Of a stretch of DNA of 64,000 nucleotides, positions 18,009-28,465 are shown one piece after another; the stretch's first letter is position 1; the number at the start of each line of letters is the position of its first letter. This DNA comes from a virus (taxonomy: Duplodnaviria > Caudoviricetes). Below the pieces are notes generated by a model that was not told the origin of the DNA, searched no databases, and saw nothing but the letters and a program-made list of their open reading frames with translations. Both the position numbers and the translations under genes were made by a program. The stretch is taken from IMG/VR virus record IMGVR_UViG_3300032280_000651, positions 15,182-79,181 of that record; one strand, written 5' to 3'.

Positions 18009-18721
18009 TGAAAAAGAATATAATAGTATTTAGTTTATGGGGTGATCATCCAATGTATTGGAAAGGAGCACTTAGAAACATAGAGCTTGCCAAAATTAAT
18101 TATCCAAAATTTATATGTAGATTCTACATAGATAAAAATTGTAATAACGAACTAATTGAATCTATTAAAGGTGATAATGTTGAAGTTATATTAATGGAAC
18201 CAGAAACATATGAATATTCTAATATGAGTGTTCGTTTTAATCATAGTGGACTATTTTGGAGATTTCTTCCACTAAAAGAAAAAGATGTTAATGTTATCTT
18301 ATTTAGAGATTGTGATTCCAGAATATCTGAAAGAGAAGTTAGTGCAGTAAATGAATGGTTAAGTAGTGATAAAGATTTTCACATAATGAGAGATCATCCT
18401 TATCATCCTTGGCCAATATTGACTGGAATGTGGGGATGTAGAAACAATAAAATACCAAATATTGATGATTTATTGTTAAAATGGAAGAAACATACTCCAA
18501 AGGGAATTTATCAGGCAGAAGACCAAGATTTCTTAGGACAATTTATATATCCAATAACAATCAATAATTCTGTTGAACATTCTGAGTTTGGTATAAAATT
18601 TGGATCAGATACCAAACTTTTTCCAACAACAAGAAATGATTATGAGTTTGTAGGTGATGTTTTTGATGAAAATGATGTAAGACATCCAGATTATTGGAAG
18701 TTAATAAAAAAACATGAATAA
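18008..18721 (+). CDS. Putative glycosyltransferase (SFSLWG-type)
   Basis: IVFSLWGD, FWRF, FRDCDSR (DxD), HIMRDHPYH, DQDFL. Confidence 0.6.
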   Translation: MKKNIIVFSLWGDHPMYWKGALRNIELAKINYPKFICRFYIDKNCNNELIESIKGDNVEVILMEPETYEYSNMSVRFNHSGLFWRFLPLKEKDVNVILFRDCDSRISEREVSAVNEWLSSDKDFHIMRDHPYHPWPILTGMWGCRNNKIPNIDDLLLKWKKHTPKGIYQAEDQDFLGQFIYPITINNSVEHSEFGIKFGSDTKLFPTTRNDYEFVGDVFDENDVRHPDYWKLIKKHE

Positions 18722-18742
18722 TAAAAAAAAATAAATTTACAA

Positions 18743-19747
18743 GTGAAAAAAGTTTTAATAACAGGAGTTGCAGGTCTACTTGGATCTAGGCTAGCAGATT
18801 GGATAATAGAAAATAAACCCGAATATAAAGTTGTTGGTATTGATGATTTAAGTGGTGGATATAAAGAAAATATAAATACCAAAGTTGATTTTTGGAATAT
18901 AAATATAATTGATTCTAAAAATAATATTGAAAAGTGTTTTTCTGAAAATAAATTTGATTATGTATTTCATTTTGCAGCATATGCTGCTGAAGGACTATCA
19001 CCTTTTATAAGAACATATAACTATGATAATAATTTAAAAGCTACTGCTAGAATTGTAAATGAATGTATAAAAAATGATATTAAAAGATTAATATTTACCT
19101 CTACTCTGGCGGTTTATGGTCACGGATATGGTGTAGTATTTGATGAAAAACAAATACCAAAACCTATTGACCCTTATGGTGTTGCTAAATACGCATGTGA
19201 GATGGATATACAAATTGCCGGAGAACAACATGGACTAGACTGGTGTATTATTAGGCCTCATAATGTTTATGGTGTAAATCAAAATATTTGGGATAAATAT
19301 AGAAATGTTTTAGGTATTTGGATGTATCAATATCTAAATAATGAACCAATGACTATATTTGGTGATGGACTACAAACAAGAGCATTTAGTTTTATTGATG
19401 ATTCACTGGAACCTTTGTGGAATTCCGCTGTTTTATCAGATGCATCTAAACAAATTATAAATTTAGGTGGTATTGAGGAGTATTCTATAAATGATGCTAA
19501 TAAAATTCTTTGTAAAATAATTGATAAAGATATAAAAGTTGATTATAAAGAAGGTAGACATGAAGTTAAACATTCAATACCTACCTATCAAAAATCAATC
19601 GATATATTGAAATTTCAACATAAAACATCACTAGAAGACGGCCTAAAACTAATGTGGGATTGGGCAAAAAAACAACCAACTAGATCAAGATTTATTTGGG
19701 AAAACTATGAACTAGATAATGGTATTTACTCTTTCTGGAAAAATTAA
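18743..19747 (+). CDS. NAD-dependent nucleotide-sugar epimerase/dehydratase
   Basis: GVAGLLGS, PYGVAK (YxxxK), RPHNVYG. Confidence 0.9.
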   Translation: MKKVLITGVAGLLGSRLADWIIENKPEYKVVGIDDLSGGYKENINTKVDFWNINIIDSKNNIEKCFSENKFDYVFHFAAYAAEGLSPFIRTYNYDNNLKATARIVNECIKNDIKRLIFTSTLAVYGHGYGVVFDEKQIPKPIDPYGVAKYACEMDIQIAGEQHGLDWCIIRPHNVYGVNQNIWDKYRNVLGIWMYQYLNNEPMTIFGDGLQTRAFSFIDDSLEPLWNSAVLSDASKQIINLGGIEEYSINDANKILCKIIDKDIKVDYKEGRHEVKHSIPTYQKSIDILKFQHKTSLEDGLKLMWDWAKKQPTRSRFIWENYELDNGIYSFWKN

Positions 19748-19803
19748 GACATCCAGACTACTGGAAAATAATAAAAAATATAAATAAAAAATAACAAATA
19801 AGA

Positions 19804-20577
19804 ATGGAAAATGATAAACTTTCAATTGGTCTTATGACATCAACCAACCTTAGTAATAGATACAATGTTTGTAAATCAACATGGATTAAAGATTTTGACA
19901 ACACATATCTATTTGGTGGGTATATAAAAGACCCAAACCTAATAATGATAGAGTCGGCCGGAGAAGATTGGGAAAGCTGTTTTCTTAAACAGCAATTAGG
20001 TTTAAAATATATGTATGAACAAAACCCAAATAATGATTGGTATAACATAAGTGGATGTGACAACGTTTTATATAAATCAAATATAGTTAAATATCTATCA
20101 AATTTTAATCCAGATGAGGATTTACTAATTGGTCAAGCAGGTGACGTATGGGTAGATATACCACATCTATATAAACCAGATAACTTAAATTTGAATAATA
20201 AATATTATAGGTCTAAAACAGTCGGTAATGTGAATGGGTGTGTTTCATTTCAGATGTTATGTGGTGGAGCTACTTTTTTTATAAGCCGATCACTAATGTC
20301 AAAGCTATATCAACATATAGAAAAATTCAATATAGAGTGGAAAAGTATATCTGGTCACTATTATGGGTCAGCAGATCTGGCACTATCATACATGGCGAAG
20401 AAGTACTGTGGAGTTGATTTAACACACTCTAACTATATGTTTAGTCAACCACCGACACACTATGAATTAGAAAGAGATATGTATGATTATGATGTTGTGG
20501 AGTGTGGAAAAAATCCATTATCATATCACTATATAAAACCAGATGAAATGAAAGAAATATATGATAGATATAAATAA
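19804..20577 (+). CDS. Fringe/GT31-like glycosyltransferase
   Basis: DWY...CDN, LLIG, GGATFFIS, ADLAL, SYHY pattern. Confidence 0.55.
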   Translation: MENDKLSIGLMTSTNLSNRYNVCKSTWIKDFDNTYLFGGYIKDPNLIMIESAGEDWESCFLKQQLGLKYMYEQNPNNDWYNISGCDNVLYKSNIVKYLSNFNPDEDLLIGQAGDVWVDIPHLYKPDNLNLNNKYYRSKTVGNVNGCVSFQMLCGGATFFISRSLMSKLYQHIEKFNIEWKSISGHYYGSADLALSYMAKKYCGVDLTHSNYMFSQPPTHYELERDMYDYDVVECGKNPLSYHYIKPDEMKEIYDRYK

Positions 20578-21256
20578 TATAGGAGTAGTATTACAGGGAC
20601 CACTATATAATGATGATTTCACTAATAAAATTATTGAAAAGTATAGTTGTATTAAAAATAATTGCGTTATATCTACTTGGTCTAATGAAAATTATAGTCT
20701 CATACAAAAATTAAATAGTTGTGGTTTTAAAGTTTTAGTTGATGACCAACCTGAATTTACTGGTAATCACAATTGTAATTTACAAACAAAATCATCTATT
20801 AATGGTATTAATTACTTATCTGGATTCTCACACATACTAAGAATGAGAACAGACCTGATACCAAATGATGTAATTAAATTCGTTGATGTTTTATCTAAAA
20901 TAACGAAGGATAAAATAATTTTACTTTGTTGGATAGATGGATCTGATATTAATTATTTTGCTGACTTTTTTACTTTTGGACCAATTGATAGTTCTAAAAG
21001 ATTCTGGAATGTTCAACAAGATAAATCTGAATCTGAAATGTTTACAGAACAATACCTATGCTACAAATATACTGGAATTAAATATCCAAAATATCTTGAT
21101 ATAAAAGATTTATTCTCATTTTCAATAAATGAGTTACACAATGAAAATATTGAGCTCAATTGGATAAAACCTGGTAGAGATTGGGGTGATCATATTAAAA
21201 GATATATGTTTAGCACAAATAATGATATATTTAAGTTTTATGTTAATGAGCCATAA
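20561..21256 (+). CDS. WavE-like polysaccharide synthesis protein
   Basis: VVLQGP, VISTW, LQTKSSINGI, ILRMRTD. Confidence 0.55.
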   Translation: MIDINNIGVVLQGPLYNDDFTNKIIEKYSCIKNNCVISTWSNENYSLIQKLNSCGFKVLVDDQPEFTGNHNCNLQTKSSINGINYLSGFSHILRMRTDLIPNDVIKFVDVLSKITKDKIILLCWIDGSDINYFADFFTFGPIDSSKRFWNVQQDKSESEMFTEQYLCYKYTGIKYPKYLDIKDLFSFSINELHNENIELNWIKPGRDWGDHIKRYMFSTNNDIFKFYVNEP

Positions 21257-21300
21257 ACTTATAGTAAATATAAAATATAATATAAAAAAAAACATATAAA

Positions 21301-22404
21301 ATGAATATAGTAATTCCAATGGCCGGACTAGGCCAAAGATTTAAAATAGAAGGTTTTACAGAAGAAAAACCATTGATTGAATTAATGGGTAAATCTTTAA
21401 TAGAACATTCGATTGAATCACTTAATATAGAAGGAAACTTTATATTTGTCACTAGAAAATATAGTGATAGTACAAGTAATGATAAACTATCTGAAATATT
21501 AAAACGACTTAAACCAAATTCAATAGAGATACAACTTACCGATTTTACATCTGGTTCTGTAGAAACTGCATTAGCAGCATCTCACTTAATAAATAATGAT
21601 GAAGAGCTTATAATAACAAATTGTGATCAAAGACTTGAGTGGGATAGTGAGGAATTTATTACTTTTATAAATAACGATAGTATCGATGGATGTGTCGTAA
21701 CATTTGATTCTGATAATCCAAAAAATAGCTTTGCAGAAATTGCGGAAGATGGATTTGTTACCAGATTTGTAGAAAAAGAAGCTATATCACGTAATGCACT
21801 TATAGGTCTTCACTATTGGAGAAAAGGATCGGATTTTGTTGAATCAGCTGAGAAACTATTCAAGATTTTTAAATCACAAGGTAAAAAAGAATGTTATATA
21901 TCCGAGTCATATAATTTTTTGATCGAGAATAAAAAGAAAATTAAGTGTTATGAAATTCATAATAATGAATTTATATCTTTAGGTACACCATATGATTTGA
22001 GTATATTTCAAGCAAAAATTAAAGAGTTTTATATTGAAAAACCAAAAACAATATTTTGTGATATTGATGGAACAATATTATCACACTTACATAGATTTAG
22101 TGATGTTGCATCACAAGATCCGAAAATTTTGGAAAATGTTTTGAATAAATTTAATGAATGGGATTCACAAGGTAATAAAATAATTTTATGTACTGCAAGA
22201 AAAGAATCTGCTCGTGAGATAACAGAAAGACATTTAAAAGATTTAGGTCTTTGTTGGGATCAACTAATAATGGGTTTAACAAGTGGACCAAGAGTATTGA
22301 TAAATGATAAGTTAAATAAAATGGATCCCGATAGATCTATTTCAATAAATCTAACTACCAATGAAGGATTTGGAAAATTAGATTGGAAAAAATATAAATT
22401 ATAA
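21301..22404 (+). CDS. Sugar nucleotidyltransferase fused to a HAD-like domain
   Basis: IPMAGLGQRF...KPLI, NCDQ; C-terminal TIFCDIDGTI. Confidence 0.85.
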   Translation: MNIVIPMAGLGQRFKIEGFTEEKPLIELMGKSLIEHSIESLNIEGNFIFVTRKYSDSTSNDKLSEILKRLKPNSIEIQLTDFTSGSVETALAASHLINNDEELIITNCDQRLEWDSEEFITFINNDSIDGCVVTFDSDNPKNSFAEIAEDGFVTRFVEKEAISRNALIGLHYWRKGSDFVESAEKLFKIFKSQGKKECYISESYNFLIENKKKIKCYEIHNNEFISLGTPYDLSIFQAKIKEFYIEKPKTIFCDIDGTILSHLHRFSDVASQDPKILENVLNKFNEWDSQGNKIILCTARKESAREITERHLKDLGLCWDQLIMGLTSGPRVLINDKLNKMDPDRSISINLTTNEGFGKLDWKKYKL

Positions 22405-22405
22405 A

Positions 22406-22732
22406 ATGAAAATATCTAAAATAGATGATATGATAGGTGGTTGGTTTGTAGGCAATTTTGAACCGTCTGCATTTAAAACTGAAAACTTTGAGGTATCATA
22501 CAAAAAACATTATAAAGGTGAGAAATGGGATATTCATTATCATCACACGGTAACAGAAATAAATCTCTTAATTCGAGGTAAACTAAAGATGCAAGGTAAA
22601 ATTCTTGAGGATGGTGATATTTTTTTATTAGAGCCTTATGAGATAGCAGACCCTATATTCTTAGAAGATTGTGATATAATATGCGTAAAAACACCCTCTA
22701 TGAACGATAAAATAATTTTAAAAAATGAATGA
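22406..22732 (+). CDS. Cupin-fold protein
   Basis: GWFVGNF, HYHHTVTEIN. Confidence 0.7.
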   Translation: MKISKIDDMIGGWFVGNFEPSAFKTENFEVSYKKHYKGEKWDIHYHHTVTEINLLIRGKLKMQGKILEDGDIFLLEPYEIADPIFLEDCDIICVKTPSMNDKIILKNE

Positions 22733-23456
22733 TAATCTAAAATCTAGACTACAAAAAAATGGATTAGTTTCAGAAAGAGTTGTATATTTAGTAGATAAAT
22801 ATGATCTTTCTTCAATAAATGAAATACTAGATATTGGTTCTTGGCACTTAGGCCAAGCAATAGAGTTATATCAACTTTTTCCAGATGCCAAAGTATCTGC
22901 ATTTGAACCTGTTCCTGAATCATATAATCTTTGTCTACAGAATAGAAATAGTTATGGAATAGATGATTCAAAAATATCTGTATTTAATGTTGCATTATCT
23001 GATGTTATTGGAGAAGTTAAATTCTATGCAGTAGATCCTACGACAAGTTCTAGTCCAAATATAGGTGCGTCATCACTATTGAAATTCATAGATGGATTAA
23101 ATGGTAGTTTTTTCTCACAAACCTGGAATCAAAAAGAAATACTAGTGGATTGTCTAACACTTGATAAGTGGTGTAATGACAATCAAAAAGATAGAATTGA
23201 TTTAATATGGATGGATACTCAAGGAACTGAATTAAATGTTCTTAAAGGTGCAGAAAAAACTCTCAAAAATGTAAAGGTCATTCTTACTGAAGTTGGTTTA
23301 AAACCATATTATGAAGGACATTCTATGAAGAAAGAAATTGATGAATTTTTACTTGAGAGAGGATTTATTGAAATTGACGAATCATTTGAACTTAATGGTT
23401 TTGACTATGAAGCAAATACAATATATGTAAATGAGAATAATTTCACACAGAGGTAA
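22725..23456 (+). CDS. FkbM family methyltransferase
   Basis: LDIGS, AFEP, TLDKW...IWMDTQGTELNVLKG. Confidence 0.85.
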   Translation: MNDNLKSRLQKNGLVSERVVYLVDKYDLSSINEILDIGSWHLGQAIELYQLFPDAKVSAFEPVPESYNLCLQNRNSYGIDDSKISVFNVALSDVIGEVKFYAVDPTTSSSPNIGASSLLKFIDGLNGSFFSQTWNQKEILVDCLTLDKWCNDNQKDRIDLIWMDTQGTELNVLKGAEKTLKNVKVILTEVGLKPYYEGHSMKKEIDEFLLERGFIEIDESFELNGFDYEANTIYVNENNFTQR

Positions 23457-23880
23457 TTTAGATGGACGTAATATTTATCTGGAGAATAGTACTAACTATA
23501 TTCTAAGAGCCATTGAACTTGGATTCGATGTTGAGATAGATTTGTGGTATGAGAATAATAAGTTCTACCTAGGACATGATCTACCACAATACGAGATTGA
23601 TATAGAATGGATAATAAGTCTAAAGAATAATCTATGGGTTCATTGTAAAAATATTAGTTGTATGGATAAACTATATGACACAGATATAAATTATTTTTGG
23701 CATGATAAAGATTTAACTACAATTACCAGTAAAGGATATTTCTGGTCACAACCAGATATATTCCTAAAAAATGGAATAACGGTAAATGTAGATTATAAAG
23801 AGATAACAGAAGATATTCTCGGTATATGTTCAGATTACGTAATTGAATTTAAAAAATACTACAATAAAAATAATAAATAA
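23431..23880 (+). CDS. Glycerophosphodiester phosphodiesterase-like protein
   Basis: IISHRGN, DVEIDLW, LGHD, GICSD. Confidence 0.7.
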   Translation: MRIISHRGNLDGRNIYLENSTNYILRAIELGFDVEIDLWYENNKFYLGHDLPQYEIDIEWIISLKNNLWVHCKNISCMDKLYDTDINYFWHDKDLTTITSKGYFWSQPDIFLKNGITVNVDYKEITEDILGICSDYVIEFKKYYNKNNK

Positions 23881-23884
23881 ATAA

Positions 23885-24943
23885 ATGAAATATAAAGTAT
23901 TATTTATACACGCAAATAACTCCTTAGCTCTTTTTAAAGAAAAAGTAGAGAAAACCACCACCGATAGACAGGAATCAAATGATTATTTAACTGATGCAAT
24001 TTATTTAGAATTAAAAGGTAGAAGTGACTTTGATGTATATGATTGTCCTGCCATGTTACATATGTATTCAGAATCCATAACCGATATAAATAATATAACG
24101 GGATTCGGATTTGCACTCAGAAAAAAGTTGAAAGGTGAACCAAATTCTCTAAACTTAGAGGAAACTATTTCAAAAATAGAAGATAACTTTTTTGACTTAA
24201 TAATCACCGACTCTAGAACAATGAATCAATGGTGGTCTGATAGAGGACTATCACCATTTTATGAACATGCTAAGATACTTAAAGATAATATACTTAGATA
24301 TTATCCAAAAAATAAAATTATACTTTTAGATGGAGAAGATCAACCAGAATCAATCTTATCAGATTTTTATGGTAAATGTTTATACTTTAAAAGAGAGTTG
24401 AGATATAATGACGATAATCTAATCCCAATTGGATATTGTTTTCCTCAACAATATTTTAGAAAATCAACAATTGAAGATAAGATTAGGTCAGTTGCTACTT
24501 GTCGACCTTGGGAAAAAAACACATATATTTTTAATAATGAGAATGACTTCTATGAGGATTATAGAACTTCTTTCTTCGGATTAACTTGTAAAAAATTAGG
24601 ATGGGATTGTTTTAGACATCACGAAATTATATTCTCATCTTGTTTACCAATATTTCCTGATGTTGATAATTGTCCTGTATATACAATGACTCAGTATCCT
24701 AAGGATATATGTAAAAAGATTTTAAAAATGGATGTATTAAAGGATATAAATTTCTCCAAGAATTGGATATCATACCCACCAGATTTTGTAGATGGATTAT
24801 ATAAGTATAATCTACCACATATTGATGTTGATAGAATTAACATCAACCAATATCAAGAATTACTTGATGAGATTCTAGAATTCTCATTTAATAATAACTC
24901 ATCAAAAAAAGTTGTTGATTATATACTAAATTTTACAAAATAA
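23885..24943 (+). CDS. Putative glycosyltransferase (GT-B-like)
   Basis: LLDGED, YFKRE, KKLGWDCFRHHEI; lies within the glycan cluster. Confidence 0.5.
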   Translation: MKYKVLFIHANNSLALFKEKVEKTTTDRQESNDYLTDAIYLELKGRSDFDVYDCPAMLHMYSESITDINNITGFGFALRKKLKGEPNSLNLEETISKIEDNFFDLIITDSRTMNQWWSDRGLSPFYEHAKILKDNILRYYPKNKIILLDGEDQPESILSDFYGKCLYFKRELRYNDDNLIPIGYCFPQQYFRKSTIEDKIRSVATCRPWEKNTYIFNNENDFYEDYRTSFFGLTCKKLGWDCFRHHEIIFSSCLPIFPDVDNCPVYTMTQYPKDICKKILKMDVLKDINFSKNWISYPPDFVDGLYKYNLPHIDVDRININQYQELLDEILEFSFNNNSSKKVVDYILNFTK

Positions 24944-24944
24944 A

Positions 24945-25523
24945 ATGAATTTTAAAAACCTAATAAGGAACATTGATAACGGATACTTTATACAGATAGG
25001 AGCATATGATGGTGTATCAAATGATGAATTTGGATTAAAAGATAAACTATTTAATGAATCACATACCACAATATTAGTAGAGCCAATACCCGAATACTTT
25101 GATAACCTGGTTGAAAACTATAAAACATCAAAATCAAAAGTATATTTTGAAAATATTGCAATAAGTGATAAAAAAGAAATTAAAAAAATACAACTTAACG
25201 GTCAAGATACATCCTTTGTTAGAAAATTTGATAGTGATGTTGACTTACTTGATGTTAATTGTGAGCCATTTAGTTATTTAGTAGATAAATATAAAATTAC
25301 AAAAGTAGATGCTTTAGTAATAGATACAGAAGCATATGAACTAGTAGTAATAGAATCTGTAATCTCAGCTAATATAGATATTGATATTATCAGATATGAA
25401 TTTGTACACCTTAGTGATACCGATTTAGATAAATTAGAAAAGATTCTGATAGAAAATGGATATGACATTTTTCAAGATGAAACAAGTTATGCAGATAAGA
25501 TTGCAATAAAAAAAATTAAATAA
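24945..25523 (+). CDS. FkbM family methyltransferase
   Basis: IQIGAYDG, LVEP, IDTEAYE, IRYE. Confidence 0.8.
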   Translation: MNFKNLIRNIDNGYFIQIGAYDGVSNDEFGLKDKLFNESHTTILVEPIPEYFDNLVENYKTSKSKVYFENIAISDKKEIKKIQLNGQDTSFVRKFDSDVDLLDVNCEPFSYLVDKYKITKVDALVIDTEAYELVVIESVISANIDIDIIRYEFVHLSDTDLDKLEKILIENGYDIFQDETSYADKIAIKKIK

Positions 25524-25526
25524 TAA

Positions 25527-26444
25527 ATGGAAACAAAAGATTTCTTATTCTTAAATTATAACTGGGTTAAGAACTCAACTTTTATATTTGAGAGTTTCAG
25601 AAAAAAAGGACATGAAATTGATATTATAGGTGAAGAGGAATTGCGAGATTTCAAGCCTGAATATAAATATAAAAATGTCGTACTATACCTACATGAGGAT
25701 TGGAGTATTCCTATAACAAATCATATAATAGATAATTATTGTCAGGATAGTTTTTTAATACAACATGATGATACCGATTTTGAAAATTTACAAAAATGGT
25801 CAAATAGAACACCTGATCTTTTTATGCAAAGAGAATATACTAATAACACTGACTTAAATAATGTTTACTTTGGATATAATAGAAATGGTATTAGAATAGA
25901 ACAAAAACCAGTAAAACCATTTCATTTTCCTATAGAAAGTATGTATGATGAGTCTTTACAGGATAAGAAGTGGGATATATGTTTCTTGGGAAGACCAACT
26001 AATCATAGAAGACAACTTTTTATAAATAAAATAAATGAACTCGCAAATGGTAAATTAAGTCATTTAAAATGGTTCATTAAATATGAATATGTTCAAACAC
26101 CAGAACTTTATAAGGAAATAATAAATGGATCAAAGATAGGTCTCAACTCACCTGGTAATAGTTATGATAGTTGGAGAAACTGGGAATTGGCATCCGCTAA
26201 ATCTTGTATTATTCAACCAAAATTAAAAGTTAAGTCTTGTGATGAAGATTATATGCCATTCAGTGATTATATTGAGTTAAGTGAAGACTATTCTGACTTA
26301 GAAGAGAAGATATTATATGCTTTAGATAATGATCGATATAAAGATATTGCACAAAGAGCATATGATAACTATAATAGTAATCACACACCAGACAAATGTT
26401 TTGAGTATTATTATGAGACTATAATGAAATATACAAATAAATAA
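25527..26444 (+). CDS. CgeB-like glycosyltransferase
   Basis: DICFLG, SKIGLN..GNSYDSWRNWE. Confidence 0.65.
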   Translation: METKDFLFLNYNWVKNSTFIFESFRKKGHEIDIIGEEELRDFKPEYKYKNVVLYLHEDWSIPITNHIIDNYCQDSFLIQHDDTDFENLQKWSNRTPDLFMQREYTNNTDLNNVYFGYNRNGIRIEQKPVKPFHFPIESMYDESLQDKKWDICFLGRPTNHRRQLFINKINELANGKLSHLKWFIKYEYVQTPELYKEIINGSKIGLNSPGNSYDSWRNWELASAKSCIIQPKLKVKSCDEDYMPFSDYIELSEDYSDLEEKILYALDNDRYKDIAQRAYDNYNSNHTPDKCFEYYYETIMKYTNK

Positions 26445-27502
26445 TGAGATTCTTTAATATAGACCTACATATATCAGTTATTGCAGATATTAAAAAAATA
26501 TTTGGTGATCTAGAACATAATGTTGATAGTTGGTCACTTTCTGGTCATAACTGGATATTTAATAGAGAACCATCAAAGGTCGATATAGTAAACCAAAATA
26601 CTTGGAGAAATCTAGACCAAGATATGTGTGATAGATTCTATGAAAGATATAAGGACGAATTATCAAAATATGATGGATTTATCTGTACATACCCACCTTC
26701 TTTCTCAATGATATATGAAAAATTTAAAAAACCTATTATAATTCAAGTACCGATAAGATACGAAGTTCCATTTCAAAGAAATTCACAAAAGTGGAATGAA
26801 TTTAATGAGTATTTAAGAAATGGTATAGATAGTGGTATGATTATTGCAGTTGCAAATTCAGAATATGATAAGAGATACTTTGAGTTTTTTGTAAAAAGAG
26901 AATGCAAACTAATACCTAGTATATGTGAATATAGTAATTCTGATTGGAATCCTATTATAGACAAATTTTTATATTCTAGTAGACTCCCTATTAATTTTGG
27001 TTCAGATAAAATTGTTGATAAATCAAATCTAATTAAGTATGATTGGCAAGATATTGCAAATTATAAAGGTATTATTATAATACCTTATAATTGTTCGACT
27101 ATGTCTATATTTGAATACTATACTTCAAATATTCCAATATTTTGTCCATCAAAAAAATTAATGAAGGAGTTATATTCAAACTATAGTAATTATGTATTAT
27201 CTGAATTAACTTGGAACCAAACTTTTGGATATGGACCTGGTTCTATAATAGAATGTGATAGAACAAACGATCCTAACGACTATTCAAATCTAAATATAAT
27301 GAGTAATTGGATTGATTATTCTGACTTTTATAATACAGAATGGATGCCACACATAGTATATTTTGACACTTTTGAAGAGTTACCATCAAAACTAACAATA
27401 GATTTAGCAGAAGTTAGTAAAAACATGAAAGAGTTTAATATAATTAGAAAAGATAAAATATACAAAGAATGGAATAAAATAATAAGTTGCATAAATGAAT
27501 AA
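26444..27502 (+). CDS. Putative glycosyltransferase
   Basis: 352 aa; FNIDLH, IIIPYNCSTMSIFEYY; cluster context. Confidence 0.5.
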   Translation: MRFFNIDLHISVIADIKKIFGDLEHNVDSWSLSGHNWIFNREPSKVDIVNQNTWRNLDQDMCDRFYERYKDELSKYDGFICTYPPSFSMIYEKFKKPIIIQVPIRYEVPFQRNSQKWNEFNEYLRNGIDSGMIIAVANSEYDKRYFEFFVKRECKLIPSICEYSNSDWNPIIDKFLYSSRLPINFGSDKIVDKSNLIKYDWQDIANYKGIIIIPYNCSTMSIFEYYTSNIPIFCPSKKLMKELYSNYSNYVLSELTWNQTFGYGPGSIIECDRTNDPNDYSNLNIMSNWIDYSDFYNTEWMPHIVYFDTFEELPSKLTIDLAEVSKNMKEFNIIRKDKIYKEWNKIISCINE

Positions 27503-28280
27503 TTTAATAATAGGAAATACATCACAATTATCATATTACTTTCCTGAGGACTACGAACGAATATCATCTAGAAATATTAACTATGATTATTTACTTAGTA
27601 AAGAATGGAATACAATATTTATATGTTTCGGAGAATCAAGAAAGTTTATTGGTGATATACAACTTCATGATGATATAAACTTCTATCTAACTATAGAAGT
27701 AATAAATAAACTAAAAAGTATATCTGAACGAATAATTATCTATTCTACTTGTGAACTTTGGAATCAATATGATGGGCAAATAAATTTAAACTTAGACTTC
27801 AATTTCTATATAAGTTCATATACACAGTCAAAATATAAATTATCTAAATACATTTTGAATAATGTTGGATATGAAAATGTATTTATTATGTATCCATTCA
27901 ATTTTAATTCTACCTATCGTAGTACAGAATTTTTATTTGGTAAAATATTTGATTCTATAATAAATAAGAAGAAAATAGAGATAGGTGATACTTATTTCTA
28001 TAGAGATATTATACATCCAAAACATGTTGTTGAAGAATCAATATCTTCAAATGATCATAAAATAATAGGATCTGGAAGATTAACATTTGTTAATGACTTC
28101 ATAAGAGATTTATATAAAAGTTATAATTTAAAATTTGAGGACTACGTTACTGAGGAAATTGGTAGTTATAACGAATATAGTAAAAGAAATGAATATTATT
28201 TAAAATCTAAGATATGTAAATACTCATATGATAATTTATTAAAAGATACAATAAGTGATATTGAAAAAATAAAAAAATAA
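27495..28280 (+). CDS. NAD-dependent epimerase/reductase-like protein
   Basis: IIGNTSQL, STCELW, YTQSK (YxxxK), YRDIIH. Confidence 0.65.
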   Translation: MNNLIIGNTSQLSYYFPEDYERISSRNINYDYLLSKEWNTIFICFGESRKFIGDIQLHDDINFYLTIEVINKLKSISERIIIYSTCELWNQYDGQINLNLDFNFYISSYTQSKYKLSKYILNNVGYENVFIMYPFNFNSTYRSTEFLFGKIFDSIINKKKIEIGDTYFYRDIIHPKHVVEESISSNDHKIIGSGRLTFVNDFIRDLYKSYNLKFEDYVTEEIGSYNEYSKRNEYYLKSKICKYSYDNLLKDTISDIEKIKK

Positions 28281-28281
28281 A

Positions 28282-28465
28282 ATGAGTGGACAAATAAACA
28301 TTGGAACAGAATTAGGTAATATTATCTATGAATAGTTTAGATGACTTAAAATATAAAATTAATAATACTAACTTTAAAGAAGTAAGTGAAAAAATGAGAA
28401 CTCATAATATAGATAGAAAAGAATCTATATTAGAGAGCTGGAAAAAAATATTAGAAAATATATGA
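28282..28465 (+). pseudogene. Two overlapping gene fragments (17 aa and 45 aa), probable deletion scar
   Basis: MSGQINIGTELGNIIYE* (28282-28335) overlapping MNSLDDLKYK...WKKILENI* (28328-28465). Confidence 0.45.

Noticed and set aside
18691-27567. Short antisense or alternate-frame track ORFs inside the glycan cluster
   Set aside because: They are shadows of longer, motif-bearing genes
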